Shown here: positions 38,401 to 46,909 of the stretch, piece by piece
Position numbering within the stretch: position 1 is the first letter of the stretch
How the letters are laid out: each line of letters opens with the position of its first letter
IMG/VR virus record: IMGVR_UViG_3300023084_000003
Length of the DNA stretch: 64,000 bases
Strand: one strand, 5' to 3'
DNA from: a virus
The notes under the pieces: model-generated
The model's database searches: none
The model's input: only the letters and a program-made list of their open reading frames with translations
Told to the model about the DNA's origin: nothing
Position numbers and translations under genes: made by a program

Positions 38401-38725
38401 TCCATGCAATATCATCTTCAGGCTGCAAAATATTACCTGCTAAAATTGTAGCAAATACTTGTGCATTACCTGTAAGATTAAGAGCAGTACCACCGTCAGA
38501 GCTTTCTGTTACGGTGCGCGTAAGTGTGATGGAACCCACGTCTGAATAGACGCCGGAACCAATTTCCCAATCGTTGCCATCCTCAATTACGTAACTAATA
38601 GTGTCGCCGTTCGTAACACCTGCGGCAGCGAAACTTTGATACGAACCGGCAGCTCCGTCTAATGTAAGAGTACCTGTGCCGGTGGTAGAGGTGGTCTCCT
38701 TTGCTCGGTTGACCAACTTTACCAT
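35429..38725 (-). CDS. Long tail fibre protein
   Basis: APAALNTLNELAAALGDDANF fibre motif; six NWxTAYxWGxH repeats; two DTTPQLGG.LD repeats. Confidence 0.85.
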   Translation of the reverse strand: MVKLVNRAKETTSTTGTGTLTLDGAAGSYQSFAAAGVTNGDTISYVIEDGNDWEIGSGVYSDVGSITLTRTVTESSDGGTALNLTGNAQVFATILAGNILQPEDDIAWTGEQTWTATNTSWVKIDGSTGWMTIDENNRLQFGANTSIPDAHMFTTGSGFGILTNNGDMNLNQTGSFSAGTHGDVNIRARNSADNGLATYFKAEGASGSAKIMYDGSEVIATVSGGITLTGTLNSHTIPAGSGTFALLSDINYPPETNDLSSVVTWDIVPDAYVSNTSVTQHQTDLRITESQITDLQTYATQAALNTAVTNSSNWDTAYSWGDHGVEGYSTITYVNTKTANSANWDTAYSWGNHASQGYATTTALNTAVTNSSNWDTAYSWGDHGVEGYATTSYVDTAVAGVVDSAPAALNTLNELAAALGDDANFATTTATNIGTKLAKASNLSDLTNAATARTNLGLGTAATTASTDYATAAQGTKADTAHGWGDHAQVGYLTSQTSHADVVVDGDFGSQGLMKRGASAGSYSIVTDNSANWNTAYSWGDHSTQGYLTSYTDTNNYASSLSFNTTNGILTVNRSGLTALTVDLDGRYLTSQTSHADVVVDGDFTSQGLMKRGATAGSYSIVTDNSANWNTAYGWGDHSAAGYLTSESFTSLVQDTTPQLGGALDTNGNQINFGDSNGSTTNMLTFGASNDLKIYHFGNTYIENINWDLTIRNSANDYDVKIQTDNGSGGIANYFVADGSTGAAEMHWGDYSTNGGADGGVKLATNASGVTITGTATATAFSGDGSGLTNLSAISNVVEDTTPQLGGDLDSNNKHIRMGDYDYIYFGAGSDMEIAHESNYGGNNVIRSLNESLYIQAQDLFIQNASSQEIIKASSTGQAIISHAGSWRLLTQSDRTDVVNGYLNFGGNVDATFSDTSSINMGAGGLVNILGTNTQCPDLEIQHLNSSGYIRSWHGDLVLWAAGVGASHDVRILGSRSDNSYGGSEYFKADGSSGEAQLFHYGTQRFATKSTGIELKTTTGSAGAVTVTNGTDTLQINTNVSGYQIISSTGEMQVSMGDWTITSVSGELIFSHSGSNKMKIDSNGNLTVTGNVTGYGTV

Positions 38726-38731
38726 TTTGTA

Positions 38732-39139
38732 TTATGCTCCGCCGGCTGTAATCGTAAACGCTGTAATTTGGATCTGCTGACCGATTGCAATATTTGTGTT
38801 GTCAAGCTCCATGTCACCGCCACCTGAAGTAGCTGTGATAGTTCCCTGCATATGACACGTAGTCCCTGTGCTGTCAAAAACTCTGAAGTGACCTGCAACA
38901 CCACTTGCATCTGCAGAAAGGTCCTGCCACGTGCCTGAGAGTTGCACCACGCCACCCGCTGGAGCCTGCATAAAGTCAGAAGGTAGAGTCATTGAAGCTA
39001 GAACTGTACCTGTGTTTGCTGTAGCACAGTCTGTAGGTGGGTTGTCCGTTGAGATAGTTAGAATGGGTGATGTTCCCACAGTAGTCTCAATAGCGGCCAA
39101 TGTAGCGTTTCTTACCGCAGTAGATAATTGAAAAGCCAT
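38732..39139 (-). CDS. Small structural hypothetical protein
   Basis: First gene after late promoter 39183; Gly/Thr/Ala-rich. Confidence 0.65.
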   Translation of the reverse strand: MAFQLSTAVRNATLAAIETTVGTSPILTISTDNPPTDCATANTGTVLASMTLPSDFMQAPAGGVVQLSGTWQDLSADASGVAGHFRVFDSTGTTCHMQGTITATSGGGDMELDNTNIAIGQQIQITAFTITAGGA

Positions 39140-39182
39140 TCGCTTTCTCCTTGTTTTTTTGGGATTAAAGACATTTCATTCT

Positions 39183-39190
39183 TATTTATA
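39183..39190 (-). promoter_or_regulatory. T4-type late promoter
   Basis: TATAAATA about 44 nt upstream of ATG 39139. Confidence 0.75.
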
Positions 39191-39201
39191 AAGAAACGTG
39201 A

Positions 39202-39954
39202 TTATCTTCTTTCAATATCTTCTTCAGACAAAGTATCTCCCATCCAAACTTCAATCACCTTACAAGCATTTTCACCTACATTAGTAGCTTTGTGCCACGA
39301 TTTCTTGGGAATGTCGATGCTTTCGCCGGTTGAGTAAACTTTTGAAGTCTTATATCCACTCTGAAACTCAAGGTTCATTTCAAGTTTGCCATCAACAATA
39401 TGCCAATGCTCAGATCTTGCAAAATGCCTTTGATCGCTTAATGATTTACCAGGATCAATAGTAAGTTCTTTTACTTTCCAATGCCCATTAGAATCAAGGT
39501 TTCGGTATTTACCCCAAAGACGTTGCGTTTCAGGTTTGTCCCAGTTAGATAGAATCCATGATGAGCTATTCTTTTTATCTTCGCCACCTACGCCAAAAAC
39601 AAATTCTACATCATCAAATACCATCTCAGGAATATTGTCTTTAGTACGATCTCCGCCATTTGCAAACACGATTTCAGAATTACGTGGAAACATATCTTTT
39701 ACATGTTGAATTGCAGCAATAGCGCTGTTATCGTCGTCATTAAAACCGAAAGCATTACCAACACATTTGATGTTTTCTACAATTGCCTTGCGTTCTTCAA
39801 ATGGCATAAATGGCCGGCCTTTTTTACGAACCAACCATTCATCACTATTAAGACCTACACAAAGAATATCACCTAGTTCCTTAGCAGCTTTAAAGTAAGC
39901 GATATGTCCTGAATGAAGTGGATCAAATCCACCGGTAACTACAACTACTCTCAT
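39202..39954 (-). CDS. Cytidylyltransferase (TagD/RfaE-like) fused to a type II mannose-6-phosphate isomerase-like cupin
   Basis: GGFDPLHSGH HIGH motif, GLNSD, GGDR; C-terminal WG.Y..L, SDQRH..RSEHW, IP...WH. Confidence 0.85.
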   Translation of the reverse strand: MRVVVVTGGFDPLHSGHIAYFKAAKELGDILCVGLNSDEWLVRKKGRPFMPFEERKAIVENIKCVGNAFGFNDDDNSAIAAIQHVKDMFPRNSEIVFANGGDRTKDNIPEMVFDDVEFVFGVGGEDKKNSSSWILSNWDKPETQRLWGKYRNLDSNGHWKVKELTIDPGKSLSDQRHFARSEHWHIVDGKLEMNLEFQSGYKTSKVYSTGESIDIPKKSWHKATNVGENACKVIEVWMGDTLSEEDIERR

Positions 39955-41192
39955 ACTCTATATTCCTTCATCATATATCTCCAAGCAAAGTTTGTATCTT
40001 CTGGAGCTTTCATTCTCTCATTCATTGGTGTAAGGAATCCTGGATGAATCCACCAATCTTCATAGTTATCTGTCTCGTTAATTGCAACATCAGGTACAAA
40101 TAGAACATAACCGATCTTGCTCAATATTTCACGAGACTTAGCTCTCATCTCGTCTCCCCACCAACATGCATTGTGCTGAACTTGAATTACTGTAAACTCA
40201 TACTTATCAAAAGGTGTATTTTGAAGAGCAGTAATAGATGCAGAGTCTGCATTATATCTAATAAAGTCAACAAAGTTTTCTACGCAATTTGATTTAAACA
40301 ACATGTTGTAATCAATTTTATCTGCTTCTGCTTGTATGATAGTAGTATTTCTCGATCTCGAAAATTGAGAACAGAATCTTTCTGAGTTGTCAACTGACAA
40401 TCCTTTCCAACCAAAATCTTTTTCAAGAAGCAGAGTATTATTGTAAAGCTCAGGATGTCCTGAACCTATTTCTATAAATGTACCATGTTTCTTACCATTT
40501 GTAAAGGCCAAAACGAACATATCTTGGAAGTGTCTTGAATAATTCTTTTCAATTGATTCTTGGCCATCAAACTTCCATCTCCATTTCTCGTATAATTCTG
40601 GAGTGTATGTCAATGTACTTGGATAGCCAATATTGTTAAGAACACCAGTTACTTCATTATCTGTAACAGAGTCAAGCTTATTCTTATATTTTAGATCGAA
40701 CAATAGATTCTTAGAATCATCTCTACCGTTTGTTTTCCATTCAGACATTGCATTTACATATTTCAATCCAAGCACACCTGGATAGTCAAGATCAGGGTCT
40801 ACAATAGGATCGTGGTCGCAATTCAATCCCATCTTAGAATATACTAAAGCTTCTCTCCAATCACTTCTATCCATCTGCCATTTAGAATACAGGTAATATG
40901 CTTCAGGTCTTTCAGGCAAAGTTTGAATAGCCATCTTATACAAGCCACCTGTTGTATGATCTCGGTTACCAGCTCTATCAAAGATTGCAGCACCACGAAG
41001 AATAGATTTATATTGAAGCCATTTAGATTCAAAAGTGTCACCTTTTGACATATCTGCTGCTCGTAGATACCAACCAAAAGCTGCAGCGCCTTGTTTAAGC
41101 TTATCATATTCAAAAGCAAGTTTGTAGATCTTCTCAGGATTATCATAATCCATTACAACATCATTTAACAAATGTAGGTTTTCAAATTTCAT
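39951..41192 (-). CDS. TPR-like N-terminus fused to FkbM-like methyltransferase-fold domain
   Basis: PERPEAYY helical region; GTFIEIGSG, NNT.LLE..FGWKG.SVD, YEDWW.HP. Confidence 0.7.
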   Translation of the reverse strand: MKFENLHLLNDVVMDYDNPEKIYKLAFEYDKLKQGAAAFGWYLRAADMSKGDTFESKWLQYKSILRGAAIFDRAGNRDHTTGGLYKMAIQTLPERPEAYYLYSKWQMDRSDWREALVYSKMGLNCDHDPIVDPDLDYPGVLGLKYVNAMSEWKTNGRDDSKNLLFDLKYKNKLDSVTDNEVTGVLNNIGYPSTLTYTPELYEKWRWKFDGQESIEKNYSRHFQDMFVLAFTNGKKHGTFIEIGSGHPELYNNTLLLEKDFGWKGLSVDNSERFCSQFSRSRNTTIIQAEADKIDYNMLFKSNCVENFVDFIRYNADSASITALQNTPFDKYEFTVIQVQHNACWWGDEMRAKSREILSKIGYVLFVPDVAINETDNYEDWWIHPGFLTPMNERMKAPEDTNFAWRYMMKEYRV

Positions 41193-41193
41193 A

Positions 41194-42237
41194 TTAACCT
41201 CTCAAGAAATTCTCAAATGCTTTAAGCGGCATTCTCAATATATAAGTTGCATTATCCTGCCAACCAAATGAAATCAAAATATCTTGATCTAAAATAGCAG
41301 CACCGGTTACAAACTCAATATTGTAATCGGTATTCTTTACATGATCGTAATATGTTCCTAGAAAGTGGAAACTTCTCGACACATGAACAATGTTCCAATC
41401 ATTATCCCATATTACAACTCTGTGGTTATAACAACCATCTTTTCTTTGAAAAGGATCTCGTAGTAGATTTGTTTCATGAACAATCGCCATTCTTTGCTGG
41501 TCATTGATACGAATTACTTGGGAACCACCTCTAAAATCAAATTGACTGTACTCTTTATATTTGTCCGGATCATTAACAACATCTACGCATGTTCTTTCTT
41601 CAATATCGTATTTTACAAGCTGGGTGGGATTGGTCCATTTTACAAAATGGAATGGCATATCATTTACCGGCATCCAGTTCTTTTCGCAATAACTTTCATC
41701 ACCATTTGGTGCAGGAATAGGATTACGAGATACTTCTTTCCATTCACCGTCAATAAACTCGATCTCTTGCATTTCCATGCGGCCTTTGCCTTTATCATCG
41801 TAACAGTCGCGACGAACACCGCATAGGAATAGACGATCGTCCCACTCAAATAGTCGGCAATCTTCTAGTCCAATAAAGTTCCACGTAGGTTTAGTATCGA
41901 AGGCAGATGTATTCACACGCTGAGCATTGAGCAGATCTAAATCATTATTAAGCTCGCACATAACATTGTATGTTGTAAGACTCACATCATTTTCTGGATG
42001 TACATACACCAAAGGACCCCACTGGTGGGGATACTTTTTACCTTCTGAATGATAGAGAATATAGTTGACGTGACGTATGTTTAAAAGAATCTTTCCCTTA
42101 TGAAGGAAAATAGATGGATTCATTAAACCGGTTTCGCCGTGAGATCCTAAAACTTCCGTTGGCAGGATAACCGGTTTAATTGTTCCGCCTCTTTTAAGGG
42201 CATAGGTGGCTAGGCCTCCTGTGTACAGATCATGCAT
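41194..42237 (-). CDS. Five-bladed beta-propeller glycoside hydrolase-like protein (GH43/GH130 clan-like)
   Basis: MNPSIF, GLEDCRLF, CEKNWMP, FRGGSQ, IEFVTG motifs. Confidence 0.65.
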   Translation of the reverse strand: MHDLYTGGLATYALKRGGTIKPVILPTEVLGSHGETGLMNPSIFLHKGKILLNIRHVNYILYHSEGKKYPHQWGPLVYVHPENDVSLTTYNVMCELNNDLDLLNAQRVNTSAFDTKPTWNFIGLEDCRLFEWDDRLFLCGVRRDCYDDKGKGRMEMQEIEFIDGEWKEVSRNPIPAPNGDESYCEKNWMPVNDMPFHFVKWTNPTQLVKYDIEERTCVDVVNDPDKYKEYSQFDFRGGSQVIRINDQQRMAIVHETNLLRDPFQRKDGCYNHRVVIWDNDWNIVHVSRSFHFLGTYYDHVKNTDYNIEFVTGAAILDQDILISFGWQDNATYILRMPLKAFENFLRG

Positions 42238-42262
42238 CTTAACTCCATAATATAAAATTCAC

Positions 42263-42601
42263 TTAGTTCCAAGCAGGTTTAAAAGAACTCCTTGTTGCTC
42301 TATTAGTATTTATCTTATCCTGCAAAGTCTTATTCATGATTGCGACATCACCGTCTGTCATGTTAGATTCAATCCATGAAACAACATGAGATTTTTGTAC
42401 TGCAGATAGTGCAATAAAATCTTCAGCCAAAGTGCTTGAAGCTGAAACATGGGTAACACCTTTGTAACTTGCTTCTGTACCGTCATCGTCAACAGCTCTG
42501 CGTTTCCAGTCAATTCTTACAATAGAATCTGAAAGGCTGGAACCATCAGAGCTCGTTTCCTCTTGCGTGGTGAGCTTGAGTATTTCCCAAGAATAGTTCA
42601 T
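42263..42601 (-). CDS. Small virion-associated hypothetical protein (paralog A)
   Basis: Shares L(S)..V....WK(R)...D.DG and F.A...L....V..WI with the next gene. Confidence 0.7.
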   Translation of the reverse strand: MNYSWEILKLTTQEETSSDGSSLSDSIVRIDWKRRAVDDDGTEASYKGVTHVSASSTLAEDFIALSAVQKSHVVSWIESNMTDGDVAIMNKTLQDKINTNRATRSSFKPAWN

Positions 42602-42608
42602 TATTCAC

Positions 42609-43007
42609 CTATTCTGCTGGTGCGTCTGGATCTGCGTCAGATTGCGCTGGTGCTTCTTCTGCTACTACCCAAGGAGGGTTACGATCTTCTTCTAAGCCAG
42701 CGTCAATTTGTTTTTGAATTTGTTCATCAATATGAGCTTTATAAGTTGAGTCTGCATCAATTACTGCATTGATCCAACCTACTACAGTAGCTTCTTCAAG
42801 ATCTTCAAAAGCTACGAAAGAACCAGCAGGCACGTTTTCTGCTGTAAAAGGAGTTGCGCCTGAAAAGGTACCTTCGTTGCCGTCTGCATCCGTTCCTGTG
42901 CGTTTCCAATATGTTTGAACAACAGCGTTGCTTAGAGTAACGCCTTCGCTGTTTACCTGATCTCTAACCTTCAGGTTAGTAACAGTTGTGCTGTATGAGA
43001 AAGCCAT
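42609..43007 (-). CDS. Small virion-associated hypothetical protein (paralog B)
   Basis: Tandem paralog of 42263-42601; behind late promoter 43078. Confidence 0.7.
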   Translation of the reverse strand: MAFSYSTTVTNLKVRDQVNSEGVTLSNAVVQTYWKRTGTDADGNEGTFSGATPFTAENVPAGSFVAFEDLEEATVVGWINAVIDADSTYKAHIDEQIQKQIDAGLEEDRNPPWVVAEEAPAQSDADPDAPAE

Positions 43008-43077
43008 TATTTCATCTCCATTTTGGTTAAGTTGACAACCTTATTTATTTGATTGCTTTATTTATGGTACTCTGTCT

Positions 43078-43085
43078 TATTTATA
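43078..43085 (-). promoter_or_regulatory. T4-type late promoter
   Basis: TATAAATA right after the stop of the 43090 gene. Confidence 0.7.
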
Positions 43086-43089
43086 TGTT

Positions 43090-43650
43090 TTAACCTCTAT
43101 ACAAATAAAGATCTACGGGAACACATATTCGTAATGACGAATAATACGGGTTAACATGATGATATGTAAAACTTGGAAATATCATAAAATCTCCAGTTTC
43201 TGGTTGGTGGTGATGTCTTTCAAACATAGGATCAAACCACTCATCATATCCTCTATTAGCATTACTTCTTGGATCTGAGAAAACGATATCCCCACCAGAA
43301 CTCCGATCCTCTGCTAATACATAAAAGACTGCCGACAAATGAGCTCCGGAATGATTATGAATTGTCATAGAATAATCTTTGCCGTGGCCGGTTATCCATC
43401 CTTTCATCTCATACTGGCGATAGTCTGTAATCTTTTTACCTATAGTTTTCTTCAAATACTCATCAAACTTTTGATAAACCATCTCTTCAAAGTCAATAAT
43501 AACATCCGAGCCGTCATCCATAATGTTATAGCCGCCAAGATCGCTAGGCGGTGATTGCAAATCATACTCAGTAAGAATATGCTCAGCAAGACCGGGCACA
43601 TTAAACTTACCTTTTGCTACTTGAGTAGGCCATAAGTTTTCAATAATCAT
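43090..43650 (-). CDS. 2OG-Fe(II) oxygenase (TIGR02466-like)
   Basis: HNH...SAVFYV, GGDIVFSDPR, P..G...IFPS..YH.V, R; start moved to MIIENLW directly after upstream TGA. Confidence 0.85.
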   Translation of the reverse strand: MIIENLWPTQVAKGKFNVPGLAEHILTEYDLQSPPSDLGGYNIMDDGSDVIIDFEEMVYQKFDEYLKKTIGKKITDYRQYEMKGWITGHGKDYSMTIHNHSGAHLSAVFYVLAEDRSSGGDIVFSDPRSNANRGYDEWFDPMFERHHHQPETGDFMIFPSFTYHHVNPYYSSLRICVPVDLYLYRG

Positions 43651-43651
43651 A

Positions 43652-44347
43652 TCACACCTGCGCCGGATCGTAGCCACTTTCATGGCCTTCTGTTTTCACA
43701 CCATTATAAGTCATGATTCTTTCCACATCCGGGTGAATTGACAGGTTACAAACTACAGTTACTCTTTCATTACCAAAGTATTGAGTGACATTGTGCCAGA
43801 TATAAGTTGGGACAATAACCATTCTTCGAGCTCTCGTATCCACCTCATAGATCTGAGGATTTCTCATGCCGGGATTTGTATGAAATGACGGATCCCAAAG
43901 TTGTAGTACTCCGCCTTCCTTATCATTATCAACATCATCTAAGTAGAATAAACCATATGCTAATGAACCAGGATGTGTATGCAAAGCAATATAATCGCCT
44001 TCTTTCATGACAGGCATTTGCCCATGTTGGTTTGCTATCATTTCATCGATTTGTTGTTTTGTAAGAGTATTACCTTCATACGATTCAGCGAGCTCAAGAA
44101 AACCTTTTTTAAACTCTTCTCTCACCTTATCTAAGACTGGAAACAGCTTAATGTTTTCTTCTGTAAATAAAGGAAAAGGATCTGAGTTTACATGATATCC
44201 TGGCTCTCCAATGCCGTGCTCATAATGATGAGTCCATGTAGCATGAGCACATATTCTTAGTTCATCCATTTCTTCGTCTGTAAAAGGAAGATTATCTTTA
44301 ATTAAAATGTGAGTTGGATGAATTTTTACAATACTTGGATTATCCAT
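43652..44347 (-). CDS. 2OG-Fe(II) oxygenase (TIGR02466-like)
   Basis: HTH..S...GLFYL, GG.LQLWDP, IVP..IWHNV, RVTVVCN. Confidence 0.8.
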   Translation of the reverse strand: MDNPSIVKIHPTHILIKDNLPFTDEEMDELRICAHATWTHHYEHGIGEPGYHVNSDPFPLFTEENIKLFPVLDKVREEFKKGFLELAESYEGNTLTKQQIDEMIANQHGQMPVMKEGDYIALHTHPGSLAYGLFYLDDVDNDKEGGVLQLWDPSFHTNPGMRNPQIYEVDTRARRMVIVPTYIWHNVTQYFGNERVTVVCNLSIHPDVERIMTYNGVKTEGHESGYDPAQV

Positions 44348-44351
44348 ATTT

Positions 44352-44855
44352 TCACCTTTCCATAATATTAAATTCTATATTTGCCACATCTCTATTTATA
44401 GTCTTTTTTAAGTTTATCACTCTATGCCTAAATTCGTCCGTTTGATTTAAAACCACGATATCATATTTCTTTGGATATATTGTAACACGATTGGGTGAAT
44501 TTTCTCTTTTGATTTCAATCCCGCCACCAGTTGATTCATCCATGTCTGTTAAATACATTAAGAAAGCTATATTAGATCCTTCTATATGATCTGTGTGCCA
44601 TGTATCTGTTTGTTGATCTATACCTCTCCAAGCATCTACATTACCAAAAATAGAATCTTTGTCTTTTAAAATTAAACGATTTATTTTCTTTTGAGTTTTT
44701 CTTAAAAGCCACAAACCTATTGGCCAATAATGAATTGGATATTTCGCTCCATGATTCTTTATCATTGGACATCTATAGAACCACTTTAAATAAGTAAAGA
44801 GTCGTGGATCATTAAAATGATCGTATCCTTCTATTTGTAGCTTTTCATAATTCAT
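44352..44855 (-). CDS. 2OG-Fe(II) oxygenase (HxD...H)
   Basis: WHTD, FLMYL, GGGIEI, FRHRV, R.VANIEF. Confidence 0.8.
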   Translation of the reverse strand: MNYEKLQIEGYDHFNDPRLFTYLKWFYRCPMIKNHGAKYPIHYWPIGLWLLRKTQKKINRLILKDKDSIFGNVDAWRGIDQQTDTWHTDHIEGSNIAFLMYLTDMDESTGGGIEIKRENSPNRVTIYPKKYDIVVLNQTDEFRHRVINLKKTINRDVANIEFNIMER

Positions 44856-45262
44856 TCATCTACAGATTCTAAAATCTCTTCTTTGTAATATTCATATATA
44901 TCCGGCACCATACCAGTCATATCAACTTCACCGATAGCATCAAGAATAGCATCATATGTATAACGATCTTCATCGTATGGAACAAAGTAAGGATCGTGCG
45001 GTAATAGTTCTGAGTCGTTTAATGTATCATAGAAATCTTCTTCAAAATCATCACCAATCCATGTCGCATAACAAATCGCTACTACATAAGATTTAGATGG
45101 GTAGATCCATTCATCTACATATTCTTCGAAGTGGCGAACTGCTTCTGTAATAATATCCTCGCCTTCTACTAAATTAATTTCTACGTCTCTCAGATCATCT
45201 TTATATTCTGCATCTCCGTTGACCATACTGAAATATTGCTGCCTGATTTTCCATTCTTTCAT
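44852..45262 (-). CDS. Hypothetical acidic protein
   Basis: 136 aa, ATGA-coupled within the cluster. Confidence 0.7.
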   Translation of the reverse strand: MKEWKIRQQYFSMVNGDAEYKDDLRDVEINLVEGEDIITEAVRHFEEYVDEWIYPSKSYVVAICYATWIGDDFEEDFYDTLNDSELLPHDPYFVPYDEDRYTYDAILDAIGEVDMTGMVPDIYEYYKEEILESVDE

Positions 45263-46008
45263 TATGCCTCGTATTCCTTTAGTAATTGTGCCTTATCACA
45301 AAAATCTAGATATGCACTGGTGACTTTATAGTGATTATAGAAAAATAACTTCTTAATTCTTTCCCATATGTTTCTTTCTACCATTGGGTAACCAAACGTA
45401 AATACGATTGATTCGTAATGAGTATATTCACGATTCATTTGAATATTCCAAAACTTGGTAAGATCCTCGTCGGTGTATGGTTTATCTCTCCTGTCTGCAA
45501 TAGGAGAGTTAGCGAACGAGAAATCATCGTAAACTATATGTAGGTGTATTGCGTCAGACCACCAAGGTACTGGTTTCTTTGGCCTTTCGACTGTATTTAT
45601 TGCGTTGTCATACCAGTAAATATCACAACCAAGTTTATTCACTTCTTCTATAAATTCTTGCTTCTGCTCTTTTGTATTAAATACGACTCCTATATACCTG
45701 TGTCTGGAATCGTCGTGGCCTTGACAACTTGTGTATGTCAAGTAGCCTTTCTTATGTAACTCAAGTACTGCCCTCTTCACACCGGGCTCTAAATTTTTAT
45801 CGATTATATCTGAGTACTGACTTACAAATGTGCTTACATATTGCCCAAGATGATCTCGGAACATGTAAGTTCTTCCGTTGACGAGATGTAGATTACCTTT
45901 TTCAAACATAGCATAACGATGACCATCTTCTACACTTCGTAAATGAGGATCGTCTTTTCTGCTATATTCTTGTTGATACTGTACTCTATACTCGTACTGC
46001 GTCTTCAT
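45262..46008 (-). CDS. Hypothetical protein with T-x-x-S-C-x-G-H motif
   Basis: IDKNLEPGV...L...GYLTYTSCQGH, reminiscent of the Tyw3 TxSSCSGR motif. Confidence 0.6.
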   Translation of the reverse strand: MKTQYEYRVQYQQEYSRKDDPHLRSVEDGHRYAMFEKGNLHLVNGRTYMFRDHLGQYVSTFVSQYSDIIDKNLEPGVKRAVLELHKKGYLTYTSCQGHDDSRHRYIGVVFNTKEQKQEFIEEVNKLGCDIYWYDNAINTVERPKKPVPWWSDAIHLHIVYDDFSFANSPIADRRDKPYTDEDLTKFWNIQMNREYTHYESIVFTFGYPMVERNIWERIKKLFFYNHYKVTSAYLDFCDKAQLLKEYEA

Positions 46009-46909
46009 TATACCATTCTAGTAGGTTGAAATAACCGTTGCAACCGTTTTGTTTTGGTGGGAATGCTACAAATTTGTAGTGCTCGGTTAAACACTTTCCA
46101 AAATATTTGCATTGCCTACATATATCTGATACACCACTGTTCTTTTCTTTTACGGTCCATTGTTCATATTCTAGAAAGGATTCCAGTTCCGTAAAGCTTT
46201 CGTTACCAAGTAAGTCGAAATCCAATACACCAAACTTGCCGTTAGGAGTAATATACACATGATCATCGCTAAAGGCGTTATAATTGCCATCTAAACATTC
46301 CTCTATCTTATCTTGATTTATGAATTGAAAGTTCTTCTCAATAGGACTATCAATCCATTTCATAATAAACTCTTCGTATTCAAGATCAGTAACATACTGC
46401 TTACGATGAGTTGTAGAGCTGAATGGTTTAATCTCTACAGCAATCAGATTGCCTAGAGTGTTAAACATATTAATCATATAGTCTACATCTTCATTTATAA
46501 CATATTCTGATGCTAATGTCAATACCGAAAATGGTCTATTTAACTTAAGCATATTACCGAACACGATCATCTCTTTCTCGCGAGCACCAAAATCATATGA
46601 TACAGATAGATCAATATCTTCTCTAAGAAATGATTTACGTATTGCAGAAAGATTGGTAATAATCGAGATCGTACATTCGTATTTATCTTTGATTCTATCG
46701 ATCAAATCATCTAAATATGTATCAGGTAGAATACCAATCTCACCACCATAAAGATCGATGTGTGTCACAGTAGGCTTAATCTCACTTAATCGTGCCATAA
46801 TTGTGTCAATAGATGTAGTTGTTCTGTCACGTAGTTGTTCTTTACTTAGATAGCAGAAATCACAATTAAAGTTACAAAAATAGGTAGGGTTAATCGATAC
46901 TGAGAACAT
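45986..46909 (-). CDS. Radical SAM / SPASM-type protein
   Basis: CNFNCDFC (CxxxCxxC), YGGE, C-terminal CRQC..FGKC...C; start moved to ATG 46909 behind GAGG. Confidence 0.92.
   Translation of the reverse strand: MFSVSINPTYFCNFNCDFCYLSKEQLRDRTTTSIDTIMARLSEIKPTVTHIDLYGGEIGILPDTYLDDLIDRIKDKYECTISIITNLSAIRKSFLREDIDLSVSYDFGAREKEMIVFGNMLKLNRPFSVLTLASEYVINEDVDYMINMFNTLGNLIAVEIKPFSSTTHRKQYVTDLEYEEFIMKWIDSPIEKNFQFINQDKIEECLDGNYNAFSDDHVYITPNGKFGVLDFDLLGNESFTELESFLEYEQWTVKEKNSGVSDICRQCKYFGKCLTEHYKFVAFPPKQNGCNGYFNLLEWYNEDAVRV

Noticed and set aside
43032-43060. Plus-strand TTGACA in the 43007-43090 gap (possible antisense promoter)
   Set aside because: No acceptable -10 hexamer at 16-18 nt spacing.
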